64,000 bases of DNA from Eledone cirrhosa (taxonomy: Eukaryota), in assembly GCA_964016885.1 (NCBI GenBank), contig OZ024746.1, positions 2,232,001 through 2,296,000 on the forward strand, in the 5' to 3' direction. The stretch's first letter is position 1. Each line of letters starts with the position of its first letter. Made by a program: the position numbers and the translations under genes. The notes under the pieces are model-generated. The model was not told where the DNA came from, made no database searches, and saw only the letters and a list, made by a program, of their open reading frames with translations. Positions 42,409 to 54,632 of the stretch are shown here, one piece after another.

Positions 42409-43035
42409 GTGGTGAATTGGCAGTCATTAGAACGGTGGATTACTTTGTGCTATTTGTTCTGGCTCTCTTCTCCCTCAGTTCAAATTCCATCGAGGTCAAC
42501 TTTGCCTTTCATCCATTCCAGGTCGATAAAAAAAGTACCAGCCTACTACTGGGATCAATTCTTCCTCTATATCTCTTTCTTACTTCCTCTCTCTCTCACT
42601 TCCTATCTTTCTCTGCTATATTTAGACCTGGGGAGGGGATGGGCTGTATGACATTACAGTGCCCCAACAACTCCATCAGGAGTTATGGGACTCTTCTCTA
42701 CACTGTATTTAAACTAGAAATATAAATAGTTGTAACTAGATACCATTCTAATGATTCTGCCATTTAATTTCTTATCCACTGTCATCATCATCATCATTGT
42801 TGTGGTACAATAATTGTAATGTTTTCTACTTTAGGCACAAGGCCAGCAATTTTGAGGGGAGGGGAAAGTCAATTAAATCAGCCCCAGTACATTACTAGTG
42901 CTTTATTTATCGACTCCATAAGGATTAAAGGCAAAGCTAACCTCAGCGGGATTTAAACTCAGAATGTAAAGGGCCGTAACTCTATGCTGTGAAGCATGGT
43001 ATCTGACTCTCTACTGATACTGCCAATCCACTGCC
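42409..43035. mobile_element. Two SINE family A copies in inverted orientation (42409-42555 +, 42812-43035 -)
   Basis: gtggtgaattggcag...gaggtcaactttgcctttcatcc...aagtaccag, followed by a reverse-complement copy. Confidence 0.8.
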
Positions 43036-43140
43036 TTCAATCCAATTATAATAATTTGGCATTGAATTGTCTCTCAAGTACAGATCTCTATTATTCTATT
43101 GACCATTCCTCTGGGAAACAATTTTAGCAGAGACGTTGGC

Positions 43141-44375
43141 TGGTGTGTTTGTTGACGTGTTGGTTGTGTGATGTGTTGGTTGTGTGATGTGTTGGTTGTG
43201 TGATGTGTTGGTTGTGTGATGTGTTTGTTGACGTGTTGGTTGTGTGATGTGTTGGTTGTGTGATGTGTTGGTTGTGTGATGTGTTGGTTGTGTGATGTGT
43301 TTGTTGACGTGTTGGTTGTGTGATGTGTTGGTTGTGTGATGTGTTTGTTGACGTGTTGGTTGTGTGATGTGTTTGTTGACGTGTTGGTTGTGTGATGTGT
43401 TGGTTGACGTGTTGGTTGTGTGATGTGTTTGTTGACGTGTTGGTTGTGTGATGTGTTTGTTGACGTGTTGGTTGTGTGATGTGTTTGTTGACGTGTTGGT
43501 TGTGTGATGTGTTTGTTGACGTGTTGGTTGTGTGATGTGTTTGTTGACGTGTTGGTTGTGTGATGTGTTGGTTGACGTGTTGGTTGTGTGATGTTTGTTG
43601 ACGTGTTGGTTGTGTGATGTGTTTGTTGACGTGTTGGTTGTGTGATGTGTTGGTTGTGTGATGTGTTTGTTGACGTGTTGGTTGTGTGATGTGTTTGTTG
43701 ATGTGTTGGTTGTGTGATGTGTTGGTTGTGTGATGTGTTTGTTGACGTGTTGGTTGTGTGATGTGTTTGTTGACGTGTTGGTTGGTGTGATGTGTTTGTT
43801 GACGTGTTGGTTGTGTGATGTGTTGGTTGACGTGTTGGTTGTGTGATGTGTTGGTTGACGTGTTGGTTGTGTGATGTGTTGGTTGACGTGTTGGTTGTGT
43901 GATGTGTTGGTTGTGTGATGTGTTTGTTGACGTGTTGGTTGTGTGATGTGTTTGTTGACGTGTTGGTTGGTGTGATGTGTTTGTTGACGTGTTGGTTGTG
44001 TGATGTGTTTGTTGACGTGTTGGTTGTGTGATGTGTTTGTTGACGTGTTGGTTGTGTGATGTGTTTGTTGACGTGTTGGTTGTGTGATGTGTTTGTTGAC
44101 GTGTTGGTTGTGTGATGTGTTTGTTGACGTGTTGGTTGTGTGATGTGTTGGTTGACGTGTTGGTTGTGTGATGTGTTGGTTGACGTGTTGGTTGTGTGAT
44201 GTGTTGGTTGACGTGTTGGTTGTGTGATGTGTTGGTTGTGTGATGTGTTGGTTGATGTGTTGGTTGTGTGATGTGTTGGTTGACGTGTTGGTTGTGTGAT
44301 GTGTTGGTTGACGTGTTGGTTGTGTGATGTATGTTGGTTGTATCATATGTGTTGGTTGGTGTGTTGGTTGTGTGT
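43141..44375. repeat. GT-rich minisatellite (gtgttggttgtgtgat / gtttgttgac units)
   Basis: Direct inspection; source of the HNQ/TQP ORFs on the minus strand. Confidence 0.95.
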
Positions 44376-44776
44376 GGTTGAAGTGACAAAAGTGATAATG
44401 ACCAGCAAGGAGATAATTACTGATTACTTTGGGGGGATTTATTTTAACTATAGAATGGAACAAAACCACATTACATTAGTGTTCACAGAAAAATAATTAT
44501 AAAGACAAAAACGTATATATTGTTGTGAAATGTTTAGATGTGGTGGAATTTGTGATAGATTAAATGCCCATAGATATATTTAAACAAACATTATGCATGA
44601 GTTATGAAGAAGCTAACTAATCTATCCAATACATTTCTTAATTCTTTGGTCATAATTTTGTGTAGGTCAAAAACAAATAAACTAGTATTTCAAGAACTTT
44701 TCACATCCATACAATAACAAATTCACAATTGTTGTTTTCTGTTATTCATTTCTTTCTTTTGCTTTTCTAATTTCAG

Positions 44777-45304
44777 TTTTGCTTTCTGATGTTTGAGGGA
44801 ATTCTCATTTTCTCTCCACATAGTTCTTTAATTGGTTCCAAGAATCGTTCCACCAAAGTAACATGGCATTGGGTTATGTTACTTGTATCATTTATCTCTG
44901 CTGCAGCTGGTATAATCATAATTTATTATAACAAAGCTTTAAACAATAAACCCCATTTCACATCATGGCATGGATTAATTGGTATCATAACTGTCACCTA
45001 TTTCTTACTACAGCTCTCTGCTGGTATATTTGTAAAATATCCAAAACTTTTACCAAATTTTAAACTTGTAGATTTGAGACTTTATCATGCTACATCTGGG
45101 CTAGTTGCCTTCTTATTGGTATGTTTCTCATTGTTTTTGTCGATGTATTCAAACTGGTTTTGTAAGAATATTACTGGCACATCATGGTATGCTTGTGTTG
45201 GTTGTATTGGACTTATGGCAACTATGATTACGAACCAGGTCACTTCAGCATATCTGTCCCGACTTCAGAAACGCATGCAACAAAAGATTCGTCCACCAAT
45301 TTGA
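44777..45304 (+). CDS. CYB561D2: CYB561D2 terminal coding exon (transmembrane ascorbate-dependent ferrireductase, cytochrome b561 family)
   Basis: tttcag acceptor; FCFLMFEGILIFSPHSSL...TWHW...HFTSWHGLIG...YPKLLP...LRLYHATSGLV...NQVTSAY; contains the other three heme His residues; TGA 45302-04. Confidence 0.93.
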   Translation, partial: FCFLMFEGILIFSPHSSLIGSKNRSTKVTWHWVMLLVSFISAAAGIIIIYYNKALNNKPHFTSWHGLIGIITVTYFLLQLSAGIFVKYPKLLPNFKLVDLRLYHATSGLVAFLLVCFSLFLSMYSNWFCKNITGTSWYACVGCIGLMATMITNQVTSAYLSRLQKRMQQKIRPPI

Positions 45305-45391
45305 TTTGATATATTAAAAATATTATTTCTAAAACATTTTTTATTAAATACAAGGAAGCTATGTTTTTTAATACAATTTATATACTTATGA

Positions 45392-45397
45392 AATAAA
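45392..45397 (+). terminator. AATAAA polyadenylation signal, candidate for CYB561D2
   Basis: 88 nt after the stop, followed by a T/GT-rich stretch. Confidence 0.5.
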
Positions 45398-46317
45398 AAA
45401 TTGTTTTCATCTTGTTCTTTGCTTGGAAACATTTATTGTTCAGATTATTGATTTCATCTTTTGTATTTCTAATGACACATCATCATCATCAATACTATTG
45501 CTGGCAACACCACCACCTCTACCATCATCATTGTTTTTACTCGTAAAACAACTTGTTGAAAATCTTTATTGAATCCTCATATGTCGGTGTGTGTATATAT
45601 ATATAAATATATGTATTATGTACAAAATACTATGTCTTTTTCTAATGATATATGGCTCTTTCTCTCTCTCTCTATATCTTTTATTTTGAATTATTGATGC
45701 TCTGGACAAACGTCCATTGAGTTTTGCTACTGAGAAACATAATCATCATATATTATGTTATGACACCTTAACTTATATATACACACAAGTACTCTACCTA
45801 ATTAAAATTGTTTCTGAGGATAAACATATGAGATGGCTGTGTTTTATTGAGGTCAATACCATGGAACTCCATAACTGCTATTGATTAGTCAACATAATCA
45901 ATAACATCATGGGTCATTTCACCCTTTGAAACAATTGTAGATTAATTAAGCATTGAATCTTGTCCTTTTTGTTTTTATTGTTCAACTTTATATATAGAGA
46001 GAGATGACACAAAAACAAGATGGTGTAGGACAATAAAGGAGAGACACAAAATAAAAACCTAGTCACTGAGGAGGTCATAGAATGTGTGACAAAAGAGCTT
46101 TGACAATATATAAACCATCCGGTTATCGAACCAACCGGAAATTTATAATAAATTGAAGTGAAATCCAACAGGTGCATGTGTTTTTATTGGCAGCATGACC
46201 CTACCAAAGTATAACAGTATCTGTTTCAGATAAGAAGTCTTGCAAAACAAATTCAAAAACAAAGTATTTATATATATATATATTTGTGTATATATATATA
46301 TGTATTTATTTATCTAT

Positions 46318-46560
46318 ACAGTTGTCCCCCGGTATTTGTGGGAGGGGGGGTAACGTTCCTAGATCACCTGCTAAGAGTGAAAAAACTGCGAATATTGGAC
46401 GTTGTCCATAAAAATGCCTATAAACATCAAAATATAGGACAGCAAATATGGTATATTATTATTATTAATAATCATGAAAAAATATGACATAAAAAAAAAT
46501 CACGTAAGAAATTTACGATTCCGCGAATATGCAGTGGTTTTTACGAACAATTATTAGGTT
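46318..46560. mobile_element. Tigger/pogo-like DNA transposon end fragment
   Basis: Terminus TA|cagttgtcccccggtattt; no partner TIR seen. Confidence 0.4.
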
Positions 46561-46592
46561 CTAAGGAAAATTCTTTTATATATATATATTTA

Positions 46593-46870
46593 TCATCATT
46601 ATCGTTTAATGTCCATCTTTCACGCTAGCATGGGTTAGACGGGTTTGTCCTATTTAGAGGCAAGGTGGGTTGGGTGACCGTGTCTCGCTCATATAGGACT
46701 GTTTCTGGCTGGTTTTCTATGGCTTGATGCCCTTCCTAACACCAACCACATTTACAGTGTGTGTTGGCTGCTTTTTACCATGTCTTTTACATGACCACTT
46801 TACAGTGTGGGCTGGGTGCTTTTTGTCGTGACAACTACATGCCGACTTAGCTGTGGGCTTCACTGGATAC
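46593..46870 (-). mobile_element. Solo RTE 3'-UTR-type element
   Basis: Reverse complement of gtgttaggaagggcatc...aacccatgctagcgtg...ggac(a)ttaaacgat(gat)n. Confidence 0.75.
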
Positions 46871-48200
46871 ATTTACTTTGGCCTGTCCTCATGGAGGTGT
46901 ATGGAAGAGTGGGGTGGGGCATACTGTATATATGCTTCGGCTTGTGTTCGTGGGAAGTTGGGTCTTCTGTATTACTGTGTATTGCCAGAGATCTCGGTCA
47001 TGTGTCATCATCTTTGAGAGGTGCAATTGGGCAAGGTCAGCTTTTATCACCTCCTCCCAAGTTTCCCCACTCCAAGGCTTATATATATATTTATAAGAAA
47101 ATGAAGTTCTTTAAAGAGTTGTCCCACATGGGTGAAAGTATAAGGAAAAGAAATTGAAAATGCAACGAGTCTTTTAAGAATATTTATTTATTTATTTATT
47201 TACCGGTTTCACAGTTCTTTAGATTGGGGGTTTGTGTTTCTGTTGTTGTTTGTCCTCGCCTCTCTCTGTACACATACACATACACACACACACACGTGTG
47301 TGTATGTGTATAAGCTGTTTTGCTCAAAACAGGAGAAAGCTCTCTACATTTGTAGCTTGTAGTTATGATGGAGATTCAGTATAAGAATAACATTAAGAAA
47401 AATGATGAGGGGTACATAATTCAATGAATAAACATCAGCATTTTTCTTAATGTTATTCTTTAGATATAGACAAGCAAGACAGCTATGTCAGCATAGACCA
47501 GCCAGCTGATGATAGACAAGGCTAGATTGCCCAGCCAAGCCAATAAGTTCACCAGATAGCCCATTCAACACGGGTGATCTAGCCAACACAGCCCAACCCA
47601 ATCCAGTTAACCTAGATAGTCCACACCCACCAGATCATATTAGTCTTATTTCATTCTAGTCTTTGCATATCTTCTGCATTCATGGCTCATGTCTCGGTGC
47701 CATGTAACATTGCAGTTTACATGCAGACATCATACAGTCTAGGTTAACACAGGTCAGCCAACCTAGACAAACTTTGCCAAAAGCCTAGGCCAGTCAACTA
47801 GCCAAGCCTAACTCAGTGCAATTAACCCTGACAAACTAAATGGTCCAGCCAGCCCAGACCAATCCATGCTTTATATATAAAGAGAGGAGGTAGGAAGTCT
47901 ATAAAGTGTACTCTATAATAAAATCACTGACAGAATAACATAGAAAATAGTCTTTGAATGTGGTAGATGTGCAGGAGGAGTTAGCCATTAGAACACCAAT
48001 GAAATACATTATTTCTAACCCAAGAACAGTTCACTACAAGTAGTTAATAGCTTCTGTTACCTAAGTGGCTTAATTAGCAGTGGCGAAAGATTCTCTGAAA
48101 GCATATAAGCTAGATTAGCTAACAGAGTGGAAAGAAGTTCAGAGAACAGCTAACTCTCTTAGTAAATTAGTAATGAAGCAGTTATCTATTGTGAATATAT

Positions 48201-48525
48201 ATCATCATCACCGTTTTACGTCCGTTCTTCCACGCTAGCATGGGTTAGATGGGTTGTCCTGTTGTGAGCAGTGTCCGGTTGGCTGACCTTGTCTTGCTCA
48301 TACGGGAACTGATTCTGGCTTGATTTCTACAGCTGGATGCCCTTCCTAACACCAACCTCATTTACAGTGAGTGGTGGGTGCTTTTTTGCTGTGGCACCTC
48401 CACGACCACTTTACAGTGGAATGATAGGGATCCCAGTCCTATCATCTCATTTCTACAGCTGAGTAAACTGGAGCAATGTGAAATAAAGTGTCTTGCTCAA
48501 GGAAGACACTTTATTTCACATTGCT
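48201..48525 (-). mobile_element. 5'-truncated CORE SINE with RTE-type tail
   Basis: Matches 53062-53436 without the tRNA head. Confidence 0.8.
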
Positions 48526-49213
48526 CTCTCTCTCTCTCTATATATAGAGAGAGAGAGAAAGAAAGAAAGAGAAAGACTACGGTGCTGAGACCGAGGAAAA
48601 CACAAATCGTGAGAGTACTCAATGCATGGGGAGATGCAGAGAGGGTATAGAGATATGTAAAACCCCAACATCTTCAAAGTGAAGGTAATATAGTTTTCAA
48701 CTAGCAATAACTACACCTCAGATATACCTCATTAGCCATAGTACCGCCGATATTATAATAAGTGAGAGTAAAATAGATAAACAAAGCAGCCTTGAACCAT
48801 CAACCGCTACATTGGCTTCCCCTTTGGAAGATATGTTTTTGTATTCAAAGAACAGGGAAATAACAACAAAATACCTAATGCAAAAAAAAATAGGCAAAAC
48901 AGCTTGATGTGATAACAGATGTAGAATCTGTAGAATAAACATTGAATATGTCAGCCACATCATAAGCAACTGTCCAAAGATGTCATCATGGTACTATTTA
49001 CCTATGAGGCATGATGTAGTGACCAAAACACTACACAATACGTAGAAAGGATATCCCTGACAATAAACATATTAAACATTTGATGTGGAAGCTATAAAAG
49101 AAAAATAAGAATATATCAGATAAGCAAAGTTAACTTCAGTTGGATTTGATCTCGAGGCCCAAAGTATTTTATACTTTATTTTATCGGTTCTCTCATTGCC
49201 CCCCTTAATATAT

Positions 49214-49805
49214 TAGTAATAATTGTTTTTAATTTTGGCACAATACCAGCAATTATTCCAGTGTATTACTGGTACTTTATTTTATCGAAGGATGAAAGGC
49301 AAAGTTAACCTTGGCGGGATTTGAACTCAGACCGTAAAGTGCCATAACTCTATGCTGCAAAGCATTGCGTCCGACTCTCCACTGCCCTGATAATAATTAT
49401 TTCTACTTTAGGCACAAGGCCAGCAATGACCCAGTGCATTACTGGTACTTTATTATATCGTCCCCGTAAGGATGAAAGGCAAAGTTAACCTCGGCGGGAT
49501 TTGAACTCAGATCGTAAAGGGACGTAACTATGCTGGAAAGCATGGCGTCCGACCCTCCACCGATACTGCCAATCCACCGCCTATCACTGCCCTGATAATT
49601 GTTTCTACTTTAGGCACAAGGCTAGAAATTTTGGGGGAGGGGAAAGTCGATTAAATCGATCCCAGTGCATTACTGGTAGTTTATTTTATCAACAAGGATG
49701 AAAGGCAAAGCTAACCTCAGCGGGATTTGAAATCAGAACGTAAACGGCCGTAATTCTATGCCGCAAAGTATTTGGTCTGACGCTCTACCGATTCTTCCAG
49801 ATTCC
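49214..49805 (-). mobile_element. Three tandem head-to-tail SINE family A copies
   Basis: ggatgaaaggcaaag(t/c)taacct(c/t)(g/a)gcgggatttga occurs near 49290, 49470 and 49696. Confidence 0.85.
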
Positions 49806-49872
49806 ATAATTCCCGAAGGATACTTTACTGTTTAATAAAAAATATGCTTCAGTTATAATTTAGTTTTAAGTT

Positions 49873-49995
49873 TTTCAAGAGTGTTCTCCCCTGCTACAAC
49901 ATGGTCATGTGGTTTCAAGAGTGTTCTCCCCTGCTACAACATGGTCATGTGGTTTCAAGAGTGTTCTCCCCTGCTACAACATGGTCACGTGGTTT
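49873..49995. repeat. 40-bp tandem repeat x3
   Basis: tttcaagagtgttctcccctgctacaacatggtcatgtgg at 49873, 49913 and 49953. Confidence 0.95.
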
Positions 49996-50051
49996 TGAAA
50001 AAATACTCTCTTTAGGTATTTTTATTTCGTAGTTTCATACTTTATTTACAT

Positions 50052-52753
50052 CTGTAGTTGTAGTGTCCCCTTCTCAGTGGTGCAGCACTGTAGTTGTAGT
50101 GTCCCCTTCTCAGTGGTGCAGCACTGTAGTTGTAGTGTCCCCTTCTCAATGGTGCAGCACTGTAGTTGTAGTGTCCCCTTCTCAATGGTGCAGCACTGTA
50201 GTTGTAGTGTCCCCTTCTCAGTGGTGCAGCACTGTAGTTGTAGTGTCCCCTTCTCAATGGTGCAGCACTGTAGTTGTAGTGTCCCCTTCTCAATGGTGCA
50301 GCACTGTAGTTGTAGTGTCCCCTTCTCAGTGGTGCAGCACTGTAGTTGTAGTGTCCCCTTCTCAGTGGTGCAGCACTGTAGTTGTAGTGTCCCCTTCTCA
50401 GTGGTGCAGCACTGTAGTTGTAGTGTCCCCTTCTCAGTGGTGCAGCACTGTAGTTGTAGTGTCCCCTTCTCAATGGTGCAGCACTGTAGTTGTAGTGTCC
50501 CCTTCTCAGTGGTGCAGCACTGTAGTTGTAGTGTCCCCTTCTCAGTGGTGCAGCACTGTAGTTGTAGTGTCCCCTTCTCAGTGGTGCAGCACTGTAGTTG
50601 TAGTGTCCCCTTCTCAATGGTGCAGCACTGTAGTTGTAGTGTCCCCTTCTCAATGGTGCAGCACTGTAGTTGTAGTGTCCCCTTCTCAGTGGTGCAGCAC
50701 TGTAGTTGTAGTGTCCCCTTCTCAGTGGTGCAGCACTGTAGTTGTAGTGTCCCCTTCTCAATGGTGCAGCACTGTAGTTGTAGTGTCCCCTTCTCAGTGG
50801 TGCAGCACTGTAGTTGTAGTGTCCCCTTCTCAGTGGTGCAGCACTGTAGTTGTAGTGTCCCCTTCTCAATGGTGCAGCACTGTAGTTGTAGTGTCCCCTT
50901 CTCAGTGGTGCAGCACTGTAGTTGTAGTGTCCCCTTCTCAATGGTGCAGCACTGTAGTTGTAGTGTCCCCTTCTCAGTGGTGCAGCACTGTAGTTGTAGT
51001 GTCCCCTTCTCAATGGTGCAGCACTGTAGTTGTAGTGTCCCCTTCTCAATGGTGCAGCACTGTAGTTGTAGTGTCCCCTTCTCAGTGGTGCAGCACTGTA
51101 GTTGTAGTGTCCCCTTCTCAATGGTGCAGCACTGTAGTTGTAGTGTCCCCTTCTCAGTGGTGCAGCACTGTAGTTGTAGTGTCCCCTTCTCAGTGGTGCA
51201 GCACTGTAGTTGTAGTGTCCCCTTCTCAGTGGTGCAGCTGTAGTTGTAGTGTCCCCTTCTCAGTGGTGCAGCACTGTAGTTGTAGTGTCCCCTTCTCAGT
51301 GGTGCAGCACTGTAGTTGTAGTGTCCCCTTCTCAGTGGTGCAGCACTGTAGTTGTAGTGTCCCCTTCTCAGTGGTGCAGCACTGTAGTTGTAGTGTCCCC
51401 TTCTCAGTGGTGCAGCACTGTAGTTGTAGTGTCCCCTTCTCAGTGGTGCAGCACTGTAGTTGTAGTGTCCCCTTCTCAGTGGTGCAGCACTGTAGTTGTA
51501 GTGTCCCCTTCTCAATGGTGCAGCACTGTAGTTGTAGTGTCCCCTTCTCAGTGGTGCAGCACTGTAGTTGTAGTGTCCCCTTCTCAATGGTGCAGCACTG
51601 TAGTTGTAGTGTCCCCTTCTCAGTGGTGCAGCACTGTAGTTGTAGTGTCCCCTTCTCAGTGGTGCAGCACTGTAGTTGTAGTGTCCCCTTCTCAATGGTG
51701 CAGCACTGTAGTTGTAGTGTCCCCTTCTCAGTGGTGCAGCACTGTAGTTGTAGTGTCCCCTTCTCAATGGTGCAGCACTGTAGTTGTAGTGTCCCCTTCT
51801 CAGTGGTGCAGCACTGTAGTTGTAGTGTCCCCTTCTCAGTGGTGCAGCACTGTAGTTGTAGTGTCCCCTTCTCAGTGGTGCAGCACTGTAGTTGTAGTGT
51901 CCCCTTCTCAGTGGTGCAGCACTGTAGTTGTAGTGTCCCCTTCTCAATGGTGCAGCACTGTAGTTGTAGTGTCCCCTTCTCAGTGGTGCAGCACTGTAGT
52001 TGTAGTGTCCCCTTCTCAGTGGTGCAGCACTGTAGTTGTAGTGTCCCCTTCTCAGTGGTGCAGCACTGTAGTTGTAGTGTCCCCTTCTCAATGGTGCAGC
52101 ACTGTAGTTGTAGTGTCCCCTTCTCAATGGTGCAGCACTGTAGTTGTAGTGTCCCCTTCTCAGTGGTGCAGCACTGTAGTTGTAGTGTCCCCTTCTCAAT
52201 GGTGCAGCACTGTAGTTGTAGTGTCCCCTTCTCAGTGGTGCAGCACTGTAGTTGTAGTGTCCCCTTCTCAATGGTGCAGCACTGTAGTTGTAGTGTCCCC
52301 TTCTCAGTGGTGCAGCACTGTAGTTGTAGTGTCCCCTTCTCAATGGTGCAGCACTGTAGTTGTAGTGTCCCCTTCTCAATGGTGCAGCACTGTAGTTGTA
52401 GTGTCCCCTTCTCAGTGGTGCAGCACTGTAGTTGTAGTGTCCCCTTCTCAGTGGTGCAGCACTGTAGTTGTAGTGTCCCCTTCTCAATGGTGCAGCACTG
52501 TAGTTGTAGTGTCCCCTTCTCAGTGGTGCAGCACTGTAGTTGTAGTGTCCCCTTCTCAATGGTGCAGCACTGTAGTTGTAGTGTCCCCTTCTCAGTGGTG
52601 CAGCACTGTAGTTGTAGTGTCCCCTTCTCAATGGTGCAGCACTGTAGTTGTAGTGTCCCCTTCTCAGTGGTGCAGCACTGTAGTTGTAGTGTCCCCTTCT
52701 CAATGGTGCAGCACTGTAGTTGTAGTGTCCCCTTCTCAGTGGTGCAGCACTGT
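50052..52753. repeat. Highly homogeneous 36-bp minisatellite, ~75 units (ctgtagttgtagtgtccccttctca[a/g]tggtgcagca)
   Basis: One dimorphic position, one 2-nt deletion near 51238, no spacers. Confidence 0.98.
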
Positions 52754-52757
52754 ATCA

Positions 52758-52945
52758 GGTGGATTGGCAGTATCGGTAGAAGATGGACGCCATTCTGTGC
52801 AGCAAAGAGTTACGACCCTTTATGGTCTGAGTTCAAATCCGCCGAGGTTAACTTTGCCTTTCATCCTTACGGGGTCGATAAAATAAAGTACCAGTAATAC
52901 ACTGGGATAATTGCTGCTATTGTGCCAAAAGTAGAAACAATTATT
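52758..52945 (+). mobile_element. SINE family A, full length
   Basis: ggtggattggcagtatcggtaga...gagttcaaatcc...gcctttcatccttacggggtcgataaaataaagtaccag...gtagaaacaattatt. Confidence 0.85.
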
Positions 52946-53061
52946 TACTTCTACGCTGAATGTGTGCTGCTTATTATATAAAGTAGTTAATAGCCGTCAT
53001 TCCACTAACCCTCGGGTCACGAATACTCCCTCCCACACTGCTTATTAATTTCATATATATA

Positions 53062-53436
53062 TCATCATCATCACCGTTTTACGTCCCTTCTTCCACGCTA
53101 GCATGGGTTAGACGCAGTGTCCAGTAGGCTGACCTTGTCTTGCTCATACGGGAACTGATTCTGGCTTCATTTCTACAGCTGGATGCCCTTCCTAACACCA
53201 ACCTCATTTACAGTGAGTGCTGGGTGCTTTTTTTGCCGTGGCACCTGCACGACCACTTTGCAGTGGAATGATATTGACCCCAGTCCCTATCATCTTATTT
53301 CTACAGCTGAGTAAACTGGAGCAATGTGAAATAAAGTGTCTTGCTCAAGGAAACAACACATCACCCGGTCTGAGAATTGAACTCACAACCTTTCGATTGC
53401 AAGGCCAATGCTCTAACCACTAAGCCATGTGCCTCC
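53062..53436 (-). mobile_element. CORE SINE family B with RTE-type 3' tail
   Basis: tRNA head + CORE, then gtgttaggaagggcatccagctgtagaa...aacccatgctagcgtgg...(gat)n. Confidence 0.85.
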
Positions 53437-53439
53437 ATA

Positions 53440-53474
<35 letters not shown>

Positions 53475-53483
53475 AACGAACAT

Positions 53484-53555
53484 GATGTGTTGGTGTAAAT
53501 GGTAGCACAGTGGTCCGGATAACCAAAGATGTGGGTTTGACTCCCATGTACGTCA
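53484..53555 (+). pseudogene. tRNA-like cloverleaf (tRNA pseudogene or SINE head; nominal anticodon GGA)
   Basis: 72 nt folds with acceptor GATGTGT/GTACGTC, D arm GTGT/GCAC, anticodon arm TGGT/ACCA and T arm GTGGG/CCCAT. It has C33 and a TTTGA T-loop, so it is non-canonical. A T5 run follows. Confidence 0.55.
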
Positions 53556-53700
53556 ATACTCATCTTTTTCCATTTCTCCGGGGGTTCTTAACCCCACTAT
53601 CAGGCTAAATAGTTTCTTTAATTTCTTTAGTCAAAATACGGCGAGAGCTTACATTTCTAATAATTTCAAACCCGCTCGCTGTTTCGAAAATATTCTTACT

Positions 53701-53782
<82 letters not shown>

Positions 53783-54093
53783 AATATATATATATATAAA
53801 TATAAAGTTAAGAAAATTAACAAAGCGAGGACAAGACAACGAATGGAAACAAAACAAAATGAAAAACAATTTTTTAAGAGGAAACCTTAAAAAATTGTTA
53901 GGATAGAGCCAGTTTTAAACTAGTTAGACCATTATTCAACAGAGTACTTGATACTTGGGATAGTAGAGTATGGCTATATTATAAAGAGTTGGGGCTCGAC
54001 AGCTGAGCTCTTGATGTTGAAATGGCAAGAGTTCAACCATCGGACCCAGACTCTTTATTATACATATAATATATATTTATATATATATAATAT

Positions 54094-54632
54094 ATTGTTG
54101 ATCTAGCAAAGGCCTTTGACAGATTGCCTCGATCTATTATCTGGTGGTCCTTAAAGAAATTAGGTGTAGAAAAGTAGCTTGTAAGAGCAGTGCAAGCCAT
54201 GTGCACAGGCGCTGTAAGTAAAGTGAGAAGAGGAAGTAAGTTTAGTGAGGAATTCAAAGTACAGGTAGGAGTTCATCAAGGTTCACTTCTTAGCCTACTG
54301 CTTTTTCTCTTAGTTCTCCAGGCCATAACAGAGGAGTTTAACATTGGTTGTCCATGGGAACTTCTCTATGCAGATGAAACCATAAAATAACTAGAAAATA
54401 AGTTCAACTATGGAAACAATCTGGAATGAAAGGGTCTGACAGTAAGCTTAGTCAAAACTAAAGTGCTATTGAGTAAGAAAGAAGATAGGACCCTGATTCC
54501 TCCAAGGAAGGGGCCCTGCTCAATATGTAGAAAAGGAGTAGGCATAAACTCCATATGATGTACACATTGTAAATTTTGGGTACACAAGAGATGTAGTGGG
54601 ATAATAGGTAGACGAACAGGGAGGGAAGACTT
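54094..54632 (+). mobile_element. Degenerate RTE RT fragment
   Basis: [37 protein letters not shown] and zinc-finger remnants. Confidence 0.88.

Noticed and set aside
48680-48730. Further hammerhead candidates (minus CTGAGGT...GAAA here; minus CTGATGA...GAAT near 31965-32010)
   Set aside because: Conserved core nucleotides are altered and the stems are weak; they cannot be distinguished from chance.
50042-52897. CRISPR-like array or repeat protein (SAAPLRRGHYNY, QHCSCSVPFSVV)
   Set aside because: The 36-bp units are contiguous with no unique spacers and no cas genes; the context is eukaryotic and no splice signals frame the ORFs.
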